Assembly (NCBI GenBank): GCA_002269645.1
Contig: NIVC01000117.1
Coordinates: 1 to 42,496 of the forward strand
DNA length: 42,496 nt
From: Macrostomum lignano
Lineage: Eukaryota
Direction of reading: 5' to 3'
A program made the position numbers and the translations under genes. Shown here in pieces: positions 42,301-42,496 of the stretch (the stretch's first letter is position 1; every line of letters starts with the position of its first letter). The notes beneath the pieces were generated by a model. It ran no database searches. It was given only the letters and a program-made list of their open reading frames with translations, and was not told where the DNA came from.

Positions 42301-42496
42301 CTTTTTCTCGAAAAACTTCTCAAGCTGAGCTGAAATTTGAAAGAATCAAGTGAAAACCCTGGCATGTTTCTGATGCTCAGTCAGTCTCTCAGAGCAGCCA
42401 AACTCATTCCGTTTGACGGACAATGGCGGAGCGTCAACACATTTTATGATGGAAATGTTGAAATTTTCAAAAAGTTTCTTCAGCTACGATGCTTCT
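36386..42496 (+). CDS. Sacsin-like protein (at least two SRR/GHKL repeats), frame-disrupted, runs off the right edge
   Basis: Repeat 1: GQSEPLTRRLKRLLDEY...KELLQNADDAGA...FNNATFSDEDF...KVGRFGLGFNSVYNLTDVP. Repeat 2: FGQHEDLTTRLQNIISGYP...KELIQNADDAGA...YNDSTFSDAD...GQYGIGFNCVYNITDAP. Both have LPLPV...LN/VNG.F motifs. ORFs 36386-38986, 38983-39399 and 39356-42328; sacsin-like coding resumes in another frame after ~42335. Could be a pseudogene. Confidence 0.85.

Noticed and set aside
42320-42335. Programmed stop-codon readthrough at the end of the 39356-42328 ORF
   Set aside because: The downstream sacsin-like sequence is in a different frame and another stop intervenes, so simple readthrough does not explain it.

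Overview
This is animal genomic DNA, not prokaryotic: it has spliceosomal introns and dense repeats. GC-rich codon usage and long (ATCT)n arrays suggest a flatworm such as Macrostomum, which is inference only. Host genes: (1) a two-exon class A peptide-type GPCR on the minus strand (6588-3585) whose intron is almost all (ATCT)n; (2) a multi-exon, Cys-rich orphan on the plus strand with a GPI-signal-like tail (at least 13702-18073); (3) a tandem-SH2 tyrosine phosphatase of the SHP/corkscrew type on the minus strand (at least 29940-19002), with an intact catalytic domain but both SH2 FLVR arginines replaced; (4) a sacsin-like locus (36386 to window end) with two GHKL/SRR repeats and several frame breaks. 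Mobile DNA: a complete, apparently intact P-superfamily/THAP9-like transposon (19786-23802; perfect 31-bp TIRs, 8-bp TSD, three-exon 892-aa transposase) in the last phosphatase intron; a decayed IS630/Tc1 element; a Crypton-like recombinase fragment; a long-TIR MITE with an 8-bp TSD; a related TIR element carrying a Gypsy RT fragment; a probable solo LTR; a 5'-truncated non-LTR retroelement with TSD and (TTG)n tail; and a decayed Penelope-like element followed by a possible degenerate hammerhead. There are many minisatellites. No rRNA, tRNA or CRISPR array was found. Splice models were checked by hand for GT/AG and phase but have no transcript support.
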